A DNA stretch of 63,947 nucleotides, filler included, from Licmophora abbreviata (GCA_900291995.1; 24 parts of 24 records of this genome joined end to end with filler, not necessarily neighbours in it), one strand, 5' to 3'; positions 44,571 through 57,001 are shown, counted from the first letter of the whole stretch. Notes: generated by a model from the letters alone, not told the origin. Program-made: numbers and translations.

Positions 44571-44950
44571 TTACTACATTGCAAGAACTCCACATGAGCA
44601 GGCGTTAAAACGCCTTGTGATGGCTTCATCCAGCCATGCAGTGCAGCCAGGATTCCCGACTGGGATATGTCAGATCGATATTATGCACAATTGGTCGCCG
44701 CGGTGCCAACAGCCTGGAGGATAGGATGACAGAGAATAGGAAGAAAGGATGTCAGGACAAAAGAGGAGAACTCAGAACGAGACTGTACCACGTAGTCGTT
44801 GCAGTCGTACCTCGGAATCGAACTACTCGCTCGACCATGAATACAGAAGCGGAAACCAACTCTGGCACCGCCGCATCAACAACAAGCAATGAGAGTCGAT
44901 AGGAAACTGTGACCGAAAAGCTCACTGTCACACGATTTTGTCACACTTAC

Positions 44951-45410
44951 GTAGTCCATCCCATCGTCTCATTTTCGGTCGGGATTGTTCCGTCGATCTT
45001 GGAGTTGCGACTTATTGCGAACGGCCTGGTAGCGAAGAGCTAGTTGAGAAAGCACGTCCAATAGTTCATACACCGCGAGTAGGCTGACAATGAGTCAAGA
45101 GTACTTACGCATGGCTTGGAGGTTGCCAAGCTCCGTTGGGAGAGTTCCTTCCATGTTATTATCTGAAAGAAGATTGTTTCCTGTCATCGACGACCACGAG
45201 ATTACATTAGGTGCGACGGGAAGCGTGTGTATTTATTTTGACAAAGAGCACTTACGAAGCCTCCCAAGTCCTCCCAATTCAATAGGTATGGTCCCTTGAA
45301 ATCGACATTGAACTGCATCGAGGTTTTCTGTGCAGACACGGCAAGGCGAGAGTAATAGAGGTGGGAGCAGAAGTCAGCGTGGCCGATAAAACGGCTGGTG
45401 CTTGCTTACC
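44951..45410 (-). pseudogene. Leucine-rich-repeat gene or pseudogene built from one-repeat exons (45327-45256, 45180-45109, 45025-44951; upstream exon ends at 45410)
   Basis: 72-, 72- and 75-bp segments bounded by CAG and GTAAG, encoding NLDAVQCRFQGTIPIELGGLGRL, NLLSDNNMEGTLPTELGNLQAM and (frame-disturbed) FAISRNSKIDGTIPTE. Confidence 0.7.
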
Positions 45411-46061
45411 GAGTTGCGGCCAATTTAGAGTTGAAGACGAAATGTATGGCGTTCGACGGAACGACGTGTACGGTGGACGTGTAGGAGTTTGTTCGATCGC
45501 TAGGTCGTGTGCCGCGGTAACTGTGACCAATGGTGACACGGAAGCTTTGCAGAATCTTGCATTTAGTTAGTATTACATTTTTGGATATTCCTGGATTGTA
45601 TTCCTGAGGAGGTTAAGAGCTACTGTAGTTCCTTATTCTCTACTCAGTACCTGGTACACTATCTCAATGCTGGTAAGCAAACGATTATCGACAATGTATG
45701 CCTCGCCATCAGCAGTCGCCTTTTAATATATAGTGTGGTGATAAGTATCCAGAGCAAAGCGGGACTGCTTTCGGAAGTTGCGACGAAGCTTGCGAGCCAA
45801 ACTTGTACGACGCCCGTCACTGCCGGACTGTGTGAGCTACTAGTACAGTGTCTAATGTTGTACTACAAGAGTAGAGATATCGGAGTGATTGCACTGAGTT
45901 TGTAGGTTGGGTTTCCGCAAGCTTTGTCGCTAGCTAGCTGAGGCCCGTGTTGTCTAAAAATNNNNNNNNNNNNNNNNNNNNNNNNNNNNNNNNNNNNNNN
46001 NNNNNTTAATTAATTAANNNNNNNNNNNNNNNNNNNNNNNNNNNNNNNNNNNNNNNNNNNN

Positions 46062-48230
46062 GCCGCGGCTTGGTTCCGAATATCCGCGTGTCGCTGTCGT
46101 CGCTCCGCATTCAGTATATTTAGGAGCTGACGTTGCTTGAATATCAGAGGCGACGCAGCTTCGAAGTGGTCGATGGCCTGCTGGCCTTCAGCAGTGACCG
46201 TTCTAGGCAGGGCAGGAGAGAGGTCGATCGGAAATGGAAACTCTCTGCCGATGGCAACCTGGGCACGTGGAATGTCCGTACCGTCAACAGGACTCGCGTT
46301 CCATGCATACGTTGCGAACAGAACCCCTTGTTTCCATCGCCATTGCGACCCGGTGTCTGCCGTGTTGATTCGTTCCACCTTGTTCAAGTACCGATGAAAG
46401 TTCTCATTTCGGATCGCTTTGTGGTTGCCCCGCGAAACTGCTTGTACCGGGATCCGCATGAGCCTGAAGGTCTTGACAAACAGGTCGCCGAACAGCGAGT
46501 CGGCGTCCACTACGATGAGCCTGGGTAGGCCCATTGTCGTAAAGAACGTGCTCATAGCGGCATCAGCCACGCGCTCCGTGTCGATGTCTCCGAGACCTAT
46601 GAAGGAGGCAAGCGCAAAGCCAGTCATCCCGTCGAGGTAGGTAAGCACTTTGACATTACCGCGCTTGTCAACCATCTCTCCTGGCGACCAGAAGTCGATG
46701 AAGACCACATCAAACGGGCCGTCGCACGCCATGGAATGAAGCTTCAGCTGTTCTTCGTGTGACACCGCATTCGCAAGGTTGCAATGAGCGCATCCGCCAA
46801 CGCCTTCTCGGATGTCGCGGGTCATCCCCGGCCACCAGTACCTGGCTTGGATCCGATGGCGGGTGCGTGTAATCCCGCTGTGCCCACCAAATGGTGAGCT
46901 GTGGCACGCTACCACGACTACTCTTCGCAGGCCTATGGGAACCACCCTCGTACGCAGTTGCCGCACCTGTGCCGTGCGCGATTGTTCGTAGCAGTATAGC
47001 AGCCCGTCCTCTTCCTCAAACCGTCCGGACCGGAAAGGCTCGAGGTAGCGACGATCGGATAGAGCTGCCTCTGCAAGTTGCTGCCCCGTTGTCAGAGCGA
47101 GCCTGACGGCTCGGTTATCTTGGTCTGCTTCGCTAGCGTCTTTCCACTGCTGTATGGTTGGCAAAGGCAGGACTGTGGACGGGGTAGGATCTGCGAGTAA
47201 AATGGGGACCGCTACCGTGTCGCTTCGGTGCTCTGCCTGCAGTTCCGCCTTGAGTAGGACGTCGCAGGCATGCCACATCGCTGATAACCCCGGCGCGGTT
47301 CTTGCCCTTGCCACCAGCATGTCTGGCGGCAATAGCGGCCATGCTGCCATTCGCTCCTCGTCCACTCCGAGCATACGATAGATTTCGGGTAGCCGCACCG
47401 GCCTGCACACTGGTCCCGCTGTACGGTCGTACCAAATGCCAAACGCTCCGTTGACCAGCTCTTCTTCCGACCGTGGCCGAAAGATCGACGGGGCTGGGTG
47501 CTCGATCGAGAACACGGGGTATCCTCCTACGGGTGTAGGCGACCCTCGAAGCTGGATCGTGTGTTCGGCTCTTGGGGTCCCCGGAGCTTCGCCCCACGCT
47601 TGCCTTTGTAGCTCCGATGGACGCGCCACCGTCAGGTCGCTTAGGTCGATGGCGTCGGCTATCCATCCTGTATCCGGGTCTAGATGCGGTGACATTGGCA
47701 ACGCGTTCTTCCGATCCGGTGGCGATACCTTCTTTGTATCGAGGACGTCTCCCACAGGCTTGGGGACGATGAACAATACTTCATGGGCCGTTTCGATAGG
47801 GCCTTCCCGGTTGTCGAAAGAGATGTGGCGCAGTCCCCAGCCGCCCGGTAGAGTGGGAACGCGGCTCTTGAACTCCTTTAGGCCCGACGGGACTCGCCTA
47901 GGAATCCAGAGAATCGCCGCTCGCAAGTTCGTTGCTGTCACTAGCGCCGCAATGTGTCGAAGCTGTTCTAGTAGCCATGGTCGAAGGCCTCGGTCCGGTG
48001 ACCCATCCGAGACGTATGTGCCGTTGTAACAACTCACATACCAGTCTACGCTCATGTTTTCCTGCGAGAGCCCTACGGCTTCCCAGAACGCGGAGCCGTC
48101 CGACGCTCCCGCCTCGCGACGGCGCCTCTCTCCGTCGGCATCCTGTCCGAAGTCCTCCAACAATATCGGTGGTGACGCTAACATGCCCAGTCCTCGGACG
48201 GCTTCCGGCAGTGGAGTGGCGAAGCACCCC
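46062..48230 (-). CDS. Gypsy pol C-terminal part: degenerate C5-methyltransferase-like region (~48230-47250) followed by integrase
   Basis: Integrase HSSPFGGH..WWPGM..CAHC, VFIDFW, IVVDAD, NENFHRYL, YAWNA.P. The upstream ~330 aa show DNMT-like motif order (this part is lower confidence). Confidence 0.8.
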
Positions 48231-48330
48231 NNNNNNNNNNNNNNNNNNNNNNNNNNNNNNNNNNNNNNNNNNNNTTAATTAATTAANNNNNNNNNNNNNN
48301 NNNNNNNNNNNNNNNNNNNNNNNNNNNNNN

Positions 48331-50646
48331 AATCCGTTGCTGCATTGTACCGGCTGAGCATGTCGCACTCCGTGAGCATCTCTGCGGGTCGATGAACCAG
48401 GGTGAACTCGAACAGGAGTAGTTCCATGCGCCACCGCTGGAGCATGGATCGGGGGACGTCTCCTGGGTCCGTTTCGAAAAACCTTTTCAGACCACTGCAG
48501 TCGGCTAGCCAGGTGAATGGCCGGCCTAGCAGCCATTTCTTGAATTTTTGCATGGCCCAACGGCCGCAAGCCGCTTCCCCTACGTAGGAGTGCATGGAGG
48601 CCTCACTCTTGGTGTTGGGGGTCCTCGAGATGAAGGCTATGGGTCGTAGACGGAGTCTCCTGCTAGTCTTGTCCATTCCGCACGCCTTACCCATTCCTTC
48701 CTCGGACTCGGCACGGCGAGCTTCGGGCGTGTCGTCCGCCTGGAGCAGAGCCGCGCCCATGCCATGCTTGGACCAGTCTGTCTTGAGATAGAATCGACGA
48801 TCCGGGTCCGGTCGTGCCAATACCGGCTCAGACAAAATATCGTTCTTGAGCTCGTCGAGCAGGGAGTCGAGCTTGCTCGCATTCTCCTCCCAAGCGGCGT
48901 GAAACTGTGCTCGCTCTTCCGAAAAGGAGAGAGAGCCTGGCCTGGGCTGCTTAGCCTGGAGCCGACGGAAGGGCTGTATGCGGAGTTCGTAATTGTAGAG
49001 CCAAAGCTGGTAAAAGCCGAAAACGCCGATCAGCATCCGCAAGTCCGACCACGTGTGAGGGCGGGTGAGCGCCCTGAAGCCATCGGCCTTTGATCGTGCT
49101 GGTGAATTTCCTCCCGGCCGTGTGTCAATGCCCACGAACTCTACCCCCGATGGGTCCAGGAACCTACACTTCCGAAGATTTACCGTGGCGCGGTAAAAGC
49201 GGAGCACTCCCAACAGACACTTCCAATACTCCATCAGCGTAGGGATGTCTTTGGCGAAGGCGAGGATGTCGTCGACGATCACCTTTGAACCGGCGGAGGT
49301 AATGCTCAACGCGCCTGCCTTCGCCTCCCACTCCTGTCGCATGAGCGCCATCATAGCGACGAAGATGGCATGGGAGTTGAGGAAGCCCATGGGCATCACT
49401 GTCCATCGCTTTTTCCCACTGGCTGTGAAGAAAGCAAGTTTGGATCTAGAGCCCGGTTCCAACTCGACCTGCCAATACCCCGCGTCCAGGTCCATAGTGA
49501 GAAACCAGATAGCCCAGGGTGGGATCTCACTGACGGCGTCGTCGCAGCGCGGAACCGGATATTCGAACGCCCGCGTCACTTGGTTCACCCGTCGGTAGGA
49601 GACACAGAAGCGCCAAACATATTTGTCCCAGGGTGTATTTGCTTGACCTGGTTTTCCGGCTAAAACCACTTGCGATCCCCACGGGCCGTCGTCGTCCTCA
49701 ATCATACCATTGTCCTCCAGCCGAGCCGAAAGCTGATCCATGATCCGGGATTCGTGAGGACCGTACCGGGGAGGACGACAACAAACGGGTTTACACGTGC
49801 CAGTGTCGACCCTGCAGGAAAATCCTCGAATGTTGCGCCTCAGGCCTTCGCTCGCAAAGACGTCCCAGAATTGCCGGATGATCGACAGGATCTCATCTCG
49901 GTGCTCGGGCGGGCAATTGGCCCACCTGATGTTCCTATCGATCTCGGGTTGGTGACGGTCTGCATCAAACTCGATGAGATCGGTCCGCGGTCCAAGCGGC
50001 ACGACTCGTTTCCGGAGGGACTTGCCGTGCTCTCCGAAGATGATCTCCATGCCGTCCAATAGGTCCGGTCCCAGGTCCGGCTCCTCATACTCCGACGGCA
50101 GCTTCGGCCGGTACACCTTTCGTCCGGTTTCAATAGTGCTGGGGCCTACCGCACTAAAGACTGCCACTCCCTGGTCTTCGTCGTCTTCGAACCACGCCGT
50201 TTCGGCGTCGCCAACGCTCTCATCCTCGAAGTCGCCTTCTGAGTCGCTATCACTGTCGCTGTCGAACTGACCCTCTAATAAGTCTGGGATATCGAGGTCG
50301 AGGGCGTCTGGTTCCATCGTCGGGGCTACTCTGGCCGTGCCGTCCTCCGAGTCCTCGTCTGAATCGGGGTCTGGAGCGGCGGGAGGCCTCTCCGTGATCG
50401 CAAGCCGTGGTGTGGATGACGCATCTTCGGAGCCTGATGTGGCTCGTCCTTCTCGCATCGCAAATCCAGTCGGCTGTTGAAATTCCTCGATCACACCTTC
50501 CTCGTCCTCCGTTGTTGCTGACTCCACCATCAACTGCAGTCTCTCAGCCTTCGTCCATAGCACACCCCGCATGTGGTCGCGGAGAACCGCCGCGTAAGCC
50601 CGTGACAATCGCAGCGGGGCCCCGGACTGTCATTCGTGCCAGGCTG
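48331..50646 (-). CDS. Gypsy RT and RNase H, preceded by an acidic linker
   Basis: RFCVSYRRVN, LDAGYWQV, VMPMGFLNS, IVDDIL, KCRF, LKTDWS, GEAAC, ADCSGL, DMLSRY. Confidence 0.92.
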
Positions 50647-50746
50647 NNNNNNNNNNNNNNNNNNNNNNNNNNNNNNNNNNNNNNNNNNNNTTAATTAATT
50701 AANNNNNNNNNNNNNNNNNNNNNNNNNNNNNNNNNNNNNNNNNNNN

Positions 50747-52943
50747 GAATTGGCTGCGGCGCCCTCCGAGAGAGCAAAGGAGACTAGGACCGGCGATCCC
50801 TTGATACGAAACGGGGTCTTGTACGTGATCAGCGCAGTGACTTTGAGGCCTGGTGCTTCCGCCGCTACGCCGCCAATGTCAAACTCGCGGACATTGTCAA
50901 GATCCTTGATGTAGGAGAACTGGTGGACAATCTCCGGGCGCGCCGCGTAGATGGACTTGTGATAGCTCAGCCGCCCCAAGTTGAGACCGGCGCACGAATC
51001 GGTCATGACACTGAGGAGCGCTTCGCGCTTGGTTCCGATGGGCAACTTGATGTGAGGCATGGCTTGAGTCACCCCTAAGTGCGCGTCGAACTGACGCTTG
51101 ATTGCTTCCATGACTCGGATTGCCTGCATCACCGGATAAAACATGAAAAACACGGGGGGCTTGTCATCCTGCTTCTTTGGCCGTTTCTTTGGTGCTAGCT
51201 GGTAAGCGCCGGCACCGCCTGTGTCAGCAGCCGGGTCTGTGCGATGCATCAATTCTCGACACAAACTCTTGCGAACAGAACCTGTGGTCTGGGGTTGAGC
51301 GATAGCAACAATGAGTTCGGCCGCCTTCTTGCTAGGGAACCCTTGGTTCTCCCAGTCCCCGACCGATGCCGTCGCCAAGGAAGCTGACGCCGCTGGTTTA
51401 CGTTCCTGTTGGCTTCCTCTCTGCTCCAGGAATGCTTTCAGCGCCGCCGCCTTGTTCTGTCGCACGATGGGGTCGGATTTGTGTGGGCACTCGGCGAAAC
51501 GATGGAAGCGCGACTCGTGGTACACCGGGTGATTCGTGCATCCCCAGCATTCCATCGGCGGTGCCACCACCCCCGTGGCGCGCCGCATTGCATCTTCGCA
51601 AACACTCATGTGCACGGCTGCCAGGGTCTCTGCTTCCTCAAACATGTCTCCCGGGCTGGCTCCACTTTGATCGACCTGTGCGGGAGGCGCCGCCCAAAAG
51701 CTTGGTATCGCCGGATGTCCGTCCCCGTCTGGGTTCTCCTCCTGAAACCCGGGGATAGCGGCGAAAGCCTGGGCGCGAGTCGCTCCGCGGAAGCCTGCCC
51801 CGCGAGCCCGATTGACTTGGGTCCGGACATTCTCAATTTTCCGCTCGTAGCTCTCCGCGATCGTCTTGACCTGACGGAGTCTCTCCAGGGCACCTTCGTT
51901 CGATTCGCCTGGGGGTCGGGCCGGCGGTGTGTATCCATCGGCTAGTCCCGCGTTTTGGATATCGGTACTGCAGTTGCCCCAGAAAGCCATCGCGGGGTCG
52001 AATCCAAACAATTGGTCCGCTGGGTGCAAATTGAGGCATCTGGTGAATTCGATGTGAAACTCCTCGATCGACCGGATTTTACTGGAGCGGGTTCGGGAAT
52101 CAAACTTGTATTGCCTGATCTTCATCAATTCCTGCTGTATGGCCGCCGGGCTCTGGACAAAGGCGCCGATATACTCGCGGCGCATGAGCACCTTGAGCAT
52201 GCGGAATCGACATTCATGGAAGAAGTCCATGAACTGCTCTCGGAACTTGGCGTCGTCGATGGACGCCGCAAACGCATCCCGATGACGCGAGGCAAAGCCA
52301 AGAAGGGGGGGAACCCAGTAATATTCTCCAGCAGGGTCAAAGCGTTGGGCGGGCTGAGCAACACGTGCGCCTCGAGGTCCGGGTGGAGTGTACTGCCGCC
52401 GGCGGGGGTCGGTACAGTGGGCAAGTCCACTCCTACCGTCCATCGCTTGGTCGGGAGCTGGGCAGCCGTGACGTCCTCTGCTCTACCAGTGTACGCCAAG
52501 GCCGGGGAGACCGTCACCTGGAAAGTGAGGTATCGGGCGGCAGCTCGCGTGGGCGGGGCCAACGGATTTCCAGCCGTTAACGCCAGGGTGTTGCCTTGGG
52601 AATTCCGGAGGGCAATATCGGAGAAGGCAAAAACCATCGGCCAAGTCAGACGAATTGGCCCGCCAAAACCCGTGGTTGCATTGAAGAGCCGAGAGAAACC
52701 CCCGTTGATTTCGGTGGCCAGGCTGACATGTTCGAAGCGTGACTGGAAGACGTTAAACTTAGTCAACCAGCCCGCCGAGGCTGAATCCAGGCTGCTCGCA
52801 GTCTCGAGAAAGTATTGGTTTTTCTCGGCATTGCTGACTTGACCTTTGGGTTTCCTGGGGAGGTGAAAGGTCGCCCTGTCCCATGGGACGTCCTCGTAGT
52901 TGTCAGAGGTTGCCATCTTGGACGGTAGACTGGGGTATGACAT
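50747..52943 (-). CDS. Gypsy Gag plus aspartic protease (ATG 52943, frameshift near 52345)
   Basis: Knuckle-like CWGC-x11-H-x4-C and protease-like VMTDSCAGLNLG, downstream of the LTR and PBS. Confidence 0.7.
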
Positions 52944-53398
52944 GGTCAGGTCTGAAGAAATCGGCGTTGACAATCGGCTGACGGCTCTGACCACTTCCGT
53001 AGACTGCGACGGCAAAAAGTACAGTAGCACTTCCCGACAAGAACGGTATTTCTCTGGGGTGCTACTGCGATTTTGCTCGTAGAATTCTACGCGGTTGTCG
53101 CGGCCAAAAAGATATGGTCGTGCGCTTCTTCCGTGAGCCGAAGGGAAGCCGATGAGGCGAGGTCCGCCGTTTGCTTCTCTATCCGCGCCTGGTCCAATCG
53201 CTCGCTCCGGTCTTTATCGCGCCGGTACTACGAGGGTGGTTGCAAGCGATTTTGCAGGCGTGGGTAGATGAGTCTGAAAGAGGGTGAATCAATCAGGAAG
53301 CAAACAGGCAAGACGGACTGAGTGAATGGCAGGGCTGTTTCACGTTGCACGCAGCCAGGATCGGTTCAGCAAATGTGTACTTTCCTTGTGTTTAAACA

Positions 53399-53439
53399 GA
53401 ATCAGGAGATTCCGGGTTCGAATCCCGGGCGGAATTCCA
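53399..53439 (-). promoter_or_regulatory. Extended primer-binding site complementary to tRNA positions 36-76 (probably tRNA-Arg NCG)
   Basis: + strand reads GAA-TCAGG-AGATT-CCGGG-TTCGAAT-CCCGG-GCGGAAT-T-CCA, directly abutting the LTR. Confidence 0.85.
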
Positions 53440-53589
53440 TGTAACGGAAGAAGGGGAAACAACTACTAGGAGCAACGATGGTCTCTGGATGATTGTCGAG
53501 TGACAAAGCATCGAGTGTCGGGATTGTGGGAGTCCGCCCCCGAGCACTGTCAGCCCTGTGTCGTACGCCTGACAGACGCTCACGTTACA
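53440..53589 (-). repeat. 5' LTR of the Gypsy element (150 bp)
   Basis: TGTAACG...CGTTACA 7-bp terminal inverted repeat, followed immediately by the TGG-starting PBS. Confidence 0.85.
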
Positions 53590-53689
53590 NNNNNNNNNNN
53601 NNNNNNNNNNNNNNNNNNNNNNNNNNNNNNNNNTTAATTAATTAANNNNNNNNNNNNNNNNNNNNNNNNNNNNNNNNNNNNNNNNNNNN

Positions 53690-54814
53690 GTTTCATTGCA
53701 CGTAGATGACCTTCACGGGGACAACTAGAATAGCATGCCATAGTAGAAGCAGCATGATGGACGTCAAAGCGGCCGAGAGTGACCAGCCAGTTCAGACTGC
53801 CGACCATCATGCGGTACTTGGAGACGTCATCGCCAACAAGGAGATCAGACTCATCAATCTCAGGAGAATAGTCGGGTTCTTCAGGAGAGTGATACTGGCC
53901 GAGGCGCCATTCCATCAGCTTCTCAATACGGTCGACAACACGTAGGATGTATGTCTTCGCAGAGGTAGCTAGGAGGCGGCGACCATCGCGATCAATGTAT
54001 CGGATGTCACTGCCCAGGTAGTACTCTGGCATGCCGACACCCTTGAACTCATAGACACCTTCTAGGGCCTTGAGGTACTGCATAGGATCCTTGGACATAA
54101 TAAGGAGGTCATCAACCCATGTTGCAATGTATTCGTAGTGCTCACCACAATCCTTCATCCAGAGATCTGGATCAGCATATGATGGCTTGAATCCCAGCGC
54201 AGTGAGACGCACTGCAAGGTGCTGATGGAAGGTAGAGCTGGCCGTCTTGAGTCCATACAAGGCCTTGTTGAAGACAAGGGCACGACCGGCGAGGTCGCCA
54301 AACTCAGGACCAGCCCTGGTGAAGATCTTCTCACGGCATATGCCATGCAGGAAAGCACTGGAGACGTCGGCGGCGCAAACATGCAGGTCGTTGAGTTGCG
54401 CGAGAAACAAAGCAATTCGAACAGACTCAATACCGACCATGCCAGAGTACACATCCTCTTGGGGTACTTCAGTGCAACTACAATTTGCAACAAGTCAACA
54501 CTTGCGTCGAAGGTCGAATTTACAGTCCCAACACATGTGGAGGGGGACATAGGTATACTCGGACTTGTCCACGAACTCCCCGGCATTTAAAACATGAAAG
54601 GTGTCGAACTCAAGAAGAGAGCTGATCTCTCGATCCATGGCGTCACGCCACAGGTTGTTTCCATTCGCCTTGTCCAATGCCAAGGCGTGTTTGACGTTAC
54701 GAGGGATCTCGACGCCGAACTTGTACTTGGGAGAGAGACGATCATTCTTCTTGGTGCCTTTCATCAGGCGCAGGAGACGAGCTAATTTCTTGGGATTCTT
54801 GGCAATTTTCTTTG
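53690..54814 (-). pseudogene. Copia (CoDi-type) RT fragment, disrupted by stop/frameshift near 54450-54500
   Basis: YKFGVEIPR.V.HAL.LD..NGN.LW.DA..E, DVSSAFL, KALYGLK, WVDDLL, YYLG, YRMMVGSLNWLVTLGRFDV. Confidence 0.88.
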
Positions 54815-54914
54815 NNNNNNNNNNNNNNNNNNNNNNNNNNNNNNNNNNNNNNNNNNNNTTAATTAATTAANNNNNNNNNNNNNNNNNNNNNNNNNNNNNN
54901 NNNNNNNNNNNNNN

Positions 54915-56901
54915 CTGTGTGCCAACAAATAATTGTGCACAAGTCGAGCCGCCGAGCGCCTTCTCAGAACTGAAAAGCGTATCGGTCGCAAACGTCTCAG
55001 CAAGACAACGATGATTCAACTGAGGGAATCGTGACTTGGTATGCCACTGGAGAGGGAAACAAAGAGGAACCTTGCCTGCAAGCTGTGTCGTAGCTTCAAA
55101 AGTGCAACGAACGGTGTCAAGCGGTAACCACCCAAGCTTGGAACGGAACTTGTCGTAGTTGGGCAGACGGGTTGTCGCTTTTATCGCAAAAATCGACATG
55201 ACAGACTGAGCCACAGAGACACCAAGGAGGAGACTCGAATAAGCCGCTACAAGAAAGCGGACGGTCTCATTCTGACGTCCGGACTCTTTGGCCCACTGAT
55301 CGGCAGTAGTGATTTCTTCCATCGACGCGTGCTGAATATTCTGCTCACCTTCGGGAGTAAAGACCGGAAGGAAACGCGTAGTATCTTCATCATCAAGGAC
55401 TCGTGGGTTCCACGGTTCGGCATCGGAGGTCAGCCAGACAACTGGGAGGTTCTCAAACTCGTCGTCAGTAGGGTAACGGGAGTCTAGGTTCAACAGTCCA
55501 TTCGCCAAAAAGAGGTCAAAATGGACGTCAAAACCATCTTCATTAGGAGCACAGATAGACTGTGTGCCACCATGACGACGCAAGCGGTCGTCAACCCATA
55601 CACGGTTCTCACGAGATTGACCGGTAGAAAGCAGACTGTGGGCATTGTTAGGAAGATACGGCGCCTCATGTAGTCCCACGAGGTATTTCATACCGTCAGT
55701 CTCTACCACAGTCACACCAGAAGCCACAGGGATGTCATCTTTGACCAAACCGTTGGCAAAACCCTCCATATCGACGCGGCGGGAGGTCTCTTTGACAATG
55801 CGAAAGGAACGACCCATAACGGAGACGTTGGTGCCACCATCGACACAGATATGTCCAGTCGCAGTGGACGCTAGCGCGTAGCTCTGCACGGAGAGTGCAT
55901 CTTTGACAACGGGCGAAAGGCGATAGGTCGCCCGGCGCACGATCATATGCGCGTGGTTCACGTGGGTTCCGGTAATGAGCCGAGCCGCGCGGGCCACGTT
56001 GCCAGGATTGGCTTGCGTGGTACCAGCGCTTGTGCCGCTGGCCGCAACTTGTCAAGCGGTAACCACCCGAGCTTAGAGCGGAACTTGTCATAGTCAGGCA
56101 GACGAGTCGTCGCCTTTGTCGCAAAAATCGACATGACAGACTGAGCCACAGAGACACCAAGGAGGAGACTCGAATAAGCCGCTACAAGAAAGCGGACGGT
56201 CTCATTCTGACGTCCGGACTCTTTGGCCCATTGATCAGCAGTAGTGATTTCTTCCATCGACGCGTGCTGAATATTCAGCTCACCTTCGGGAGTAAAGACC
56301 GGAAGGAAACGCGTAGTATCTTCATCATCAAGGACTCGTGGGTTCCACGGTTCGGCATCGGAGGTCAGCCAGACAACTGGGAGGTTCTCAAACTCGTCGT
56401 CAGTAGGGTAACGTGAGTCTAGATTCAACAGTCCATTCGCCGAAAATAGGTCGAAATGGACGTCGAAACCATCCTCATTAGGAGCACAGATAGACTGTGT
56501 GCCACCATGACGACGCAAGCGGTCGTCAACCCATACACGGTTCTCGCGAGATTGACCGGTAGAAAGCAAACTGTGGGCATTGTTAGGGAGATACGGCGCC
56601 TCATGGAGTCCCACGAGGTATTTCATACCGTCAGTCTCTACCACAGTCACACCAGAAGCCACAGGGATGTCATCTTTGACCAATCCGTTGGCAAAACCCT
56701 CCATATCGATGCGGCGGGAGGTCTCTTTGACAATGCGAAAGGAACGACCCATAACGGAGACGTTGGTGCCACCATCGACACAGATATGTCCAGTCGCAGT
56801 GGACGCCAGTGCGTAACTCTGCACGGAGAGTGCATCTTTAACAACGGGCGAAAGGCGATAGGTCGCCCGGCGCACAATCATACGCGCATGGTTCACGTGG
56901 G
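54915..56901 (-). mobile_element. Copia gag-end, protease and integrase-start region, present as two slightly divergent tandem copies (offset 935 bp, junction ~56050)
   Basis: ICVDGGTN, SLLSTGQ, R.PTD.E, WLTSD.EPWNP, LGWLP, SRFPQLN, TDTLFS, TCAQLFVG. Confidence 0.85.
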
Positions 56902-57001
56902 NNNNNNNNNNNNNNNNNNNNNNNNNNNNNNNNNNNNNNNNNNNNTTAATTAATTAANNNNNNNNNNNNNNNNNNNNNNNNNNNNNNNNNNNNNNNNNNN
57001 N

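Larger units (their letters stand above)
46062..53589 (-). mobile_element. Ty3/gypsy LTR retrotransposon over three colinear contigs: 5' LTR, PBS, gag, PR, RT, RNase H, extra domain, integrase
   Basis: Domain order gag-PR-RT-RH-IN; see sub-features. Confidence 0.9.

Noticed and set aside
53360..53439. tRNA gene
   Set aside because: Only the 3' half is present, it includes an encoded CCA and it abuts an LTR; no D-arm or 5' acceptor strand upstream. It is a PBS.
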